DNA of 32,000 nt from a cyanobacterium endosymbiont of Braarudosphaera bigelowii (GTDB taxonomy: Bacteria; Cyanobacteriota; Cyanobacteriia; Cyanobacteriales; Microcystaceae), in NCBI RefSeq assembly GCF_020885515.1, contig NZ_AP024987.1, forward strand, positions 600,001 to 632,000, given 5' to 3'. Numbering within the stretch: position 1 is the stretch's first letter; every line of letters begins with the position of its first letter. The notes below the pieces were generated by a model. That model did not search any database. It was not told the DNA's origin and worked only from the letters and a program-made list of their open reading frames with translations. The position numbers and the translations under genes are program-made. Positions 31,390 to 32,000 of this stretch are shown here, piece after piece.

Positions 31390-31434
31390 ATTCTTCAGTA
31401 GCGATAAGCATTCCGATTATTGCTACTGAAGAAT
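31390..31434. terminator. bidirectional terminator hairpin between convergent aminotransferase and cysK genes
   Basis: attcttcagtagcgataa / ttattgctactgaagaat: 18-bp stem with a single G-T wobble, 9-nt loop. Confidence 0.75.
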
Positions 31435-31470
31435 ATAGCTAACTATTACAATTGTTAAAAATTACTCTTT

Positions 31471-32000
31471 TTACTCAGACATTTCTAAATCGTGAAATAA
31501 AACAGTACTTAGGTAACGTTCACCAAAACTTGGTTGTATCATAACAATTAATTTATTTTTATTTTCTGGTCTTTTGCCAATTTTTACTGCAGCACATAAA
31601 GCTGCTCCTGTAGATATACCTGACAATAATCCTTCTTCTTTAGCAAGTCGTCGTGCATATTCAATTGCTTCTGTATCTTCAACTGTAACTATCTCATCAA
31701 TTAATTTGATATCTAAAACTTTAGGAATAAAACCTGCTCCAATACCTTGAATTTTATGCCCTCCTGGACTACCTCCTGAGAGTATTGGACTATTAGATGG
31801 TTCAACTGCAATTGTTTGAAAGTCTAGTTTTTTTTCTTTAAGAATACTTGCAATTCCAGTAATCGTACCTCCGGTACCTACACCAGCAACAAGAATATCT
31901 ATATTACCATCGGTATCTTTCCAGATTTCTTCTGCTGTAGTTAGGCGATGTATTTGGGGGTTAGCAGGATTATTGAATTGTTGTAGCATATAAGTATTAG
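31471..32000 (-). CDS. cysK: cysteine synthase (O-acetylserine sulfhydrylase), C-terminal part; N-terminus beyond the window
   Basis: Open to the window edge (...[26 protein letters not shown]); [40 protein letters not shown]. Confidence 0.94.
   Translation of the reverse strand, partial: NTYMLQQFNNPANPQIHRLTTAEEIWKDTDGNIDILVAGVGTGGTITGIASILKEKKLDFQTIAVEPSNSPILSGGSPGGHKIQGIGAGFIPKVLDIKLIDEIVTVEDTEAIEYARRLAKEEGLLSGISTGAALCAAVKIGKRPENKNKLIVMIQPSFGERYLSTVLFHDLEMSE

Noticed and set aside
1-32000. CRISPR arrays, transposases, phage genes, toxin-antitoxin or defence islands
   Set aside because: No direct-repeat/spacer periodicity or recognisable protein of these classes was seen; all sizeable ORFs are accounted for by housekeeping or membrane families.

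Overview
This 32 kb AT-rich window (roughly one-third G+C by eye) reads as ordinary chromosome from a cyanobacterium. The gene set, the short intergenic spacers and the base composition suggest a reduced-genome unicellular diazotroph or endosymbiont of the Crocosphaera/UCYN-A/spheroid-body type; that placement is inference and was not tested. Gene order: MPBQ/MSBQ-type quinone methyltransferase (partial, -), mnmG/gidA (+), CPBP-family intramembrane protease (-), two overlapping polytopic membrane proteins, the first GT39/ArnT-like (-), class A penicillin-binding protein (+), dnaE N-terminal half ending in a split-intein N-fragment (+), polyprenyl/solanesyl diphosphate synthase (-), murI (-), NhaS3-like cation/H+ antiporter (-), glk (+), proB (+), petE plastocyanin (-), typA/bipA (-), tmRNA/ssrA (-), hemB (+), tRNA-Gly(UCC) (+), lgt (+), 7TM-HD/PgpH-type phosphohydrolase (+), an SLH-like lipoprotein (+), DegT/StrS-family aminotransferase (+) and cysK (partial, -). 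The most notable items are the trans-splicing DnaE intein N-half, the one-piece tmRNA with a readable tag, and several long, nearly perfect inverted repeats between genes. The strongest repeat has 31-bp arms and sits in the leader region of typA. I see no CRISPR array, transposase, phage module, toxin-antitoxin pair or convincing new multigene system. The unusual signals are structural or RNA-level, plus a 0.9 kb gene-free gap.
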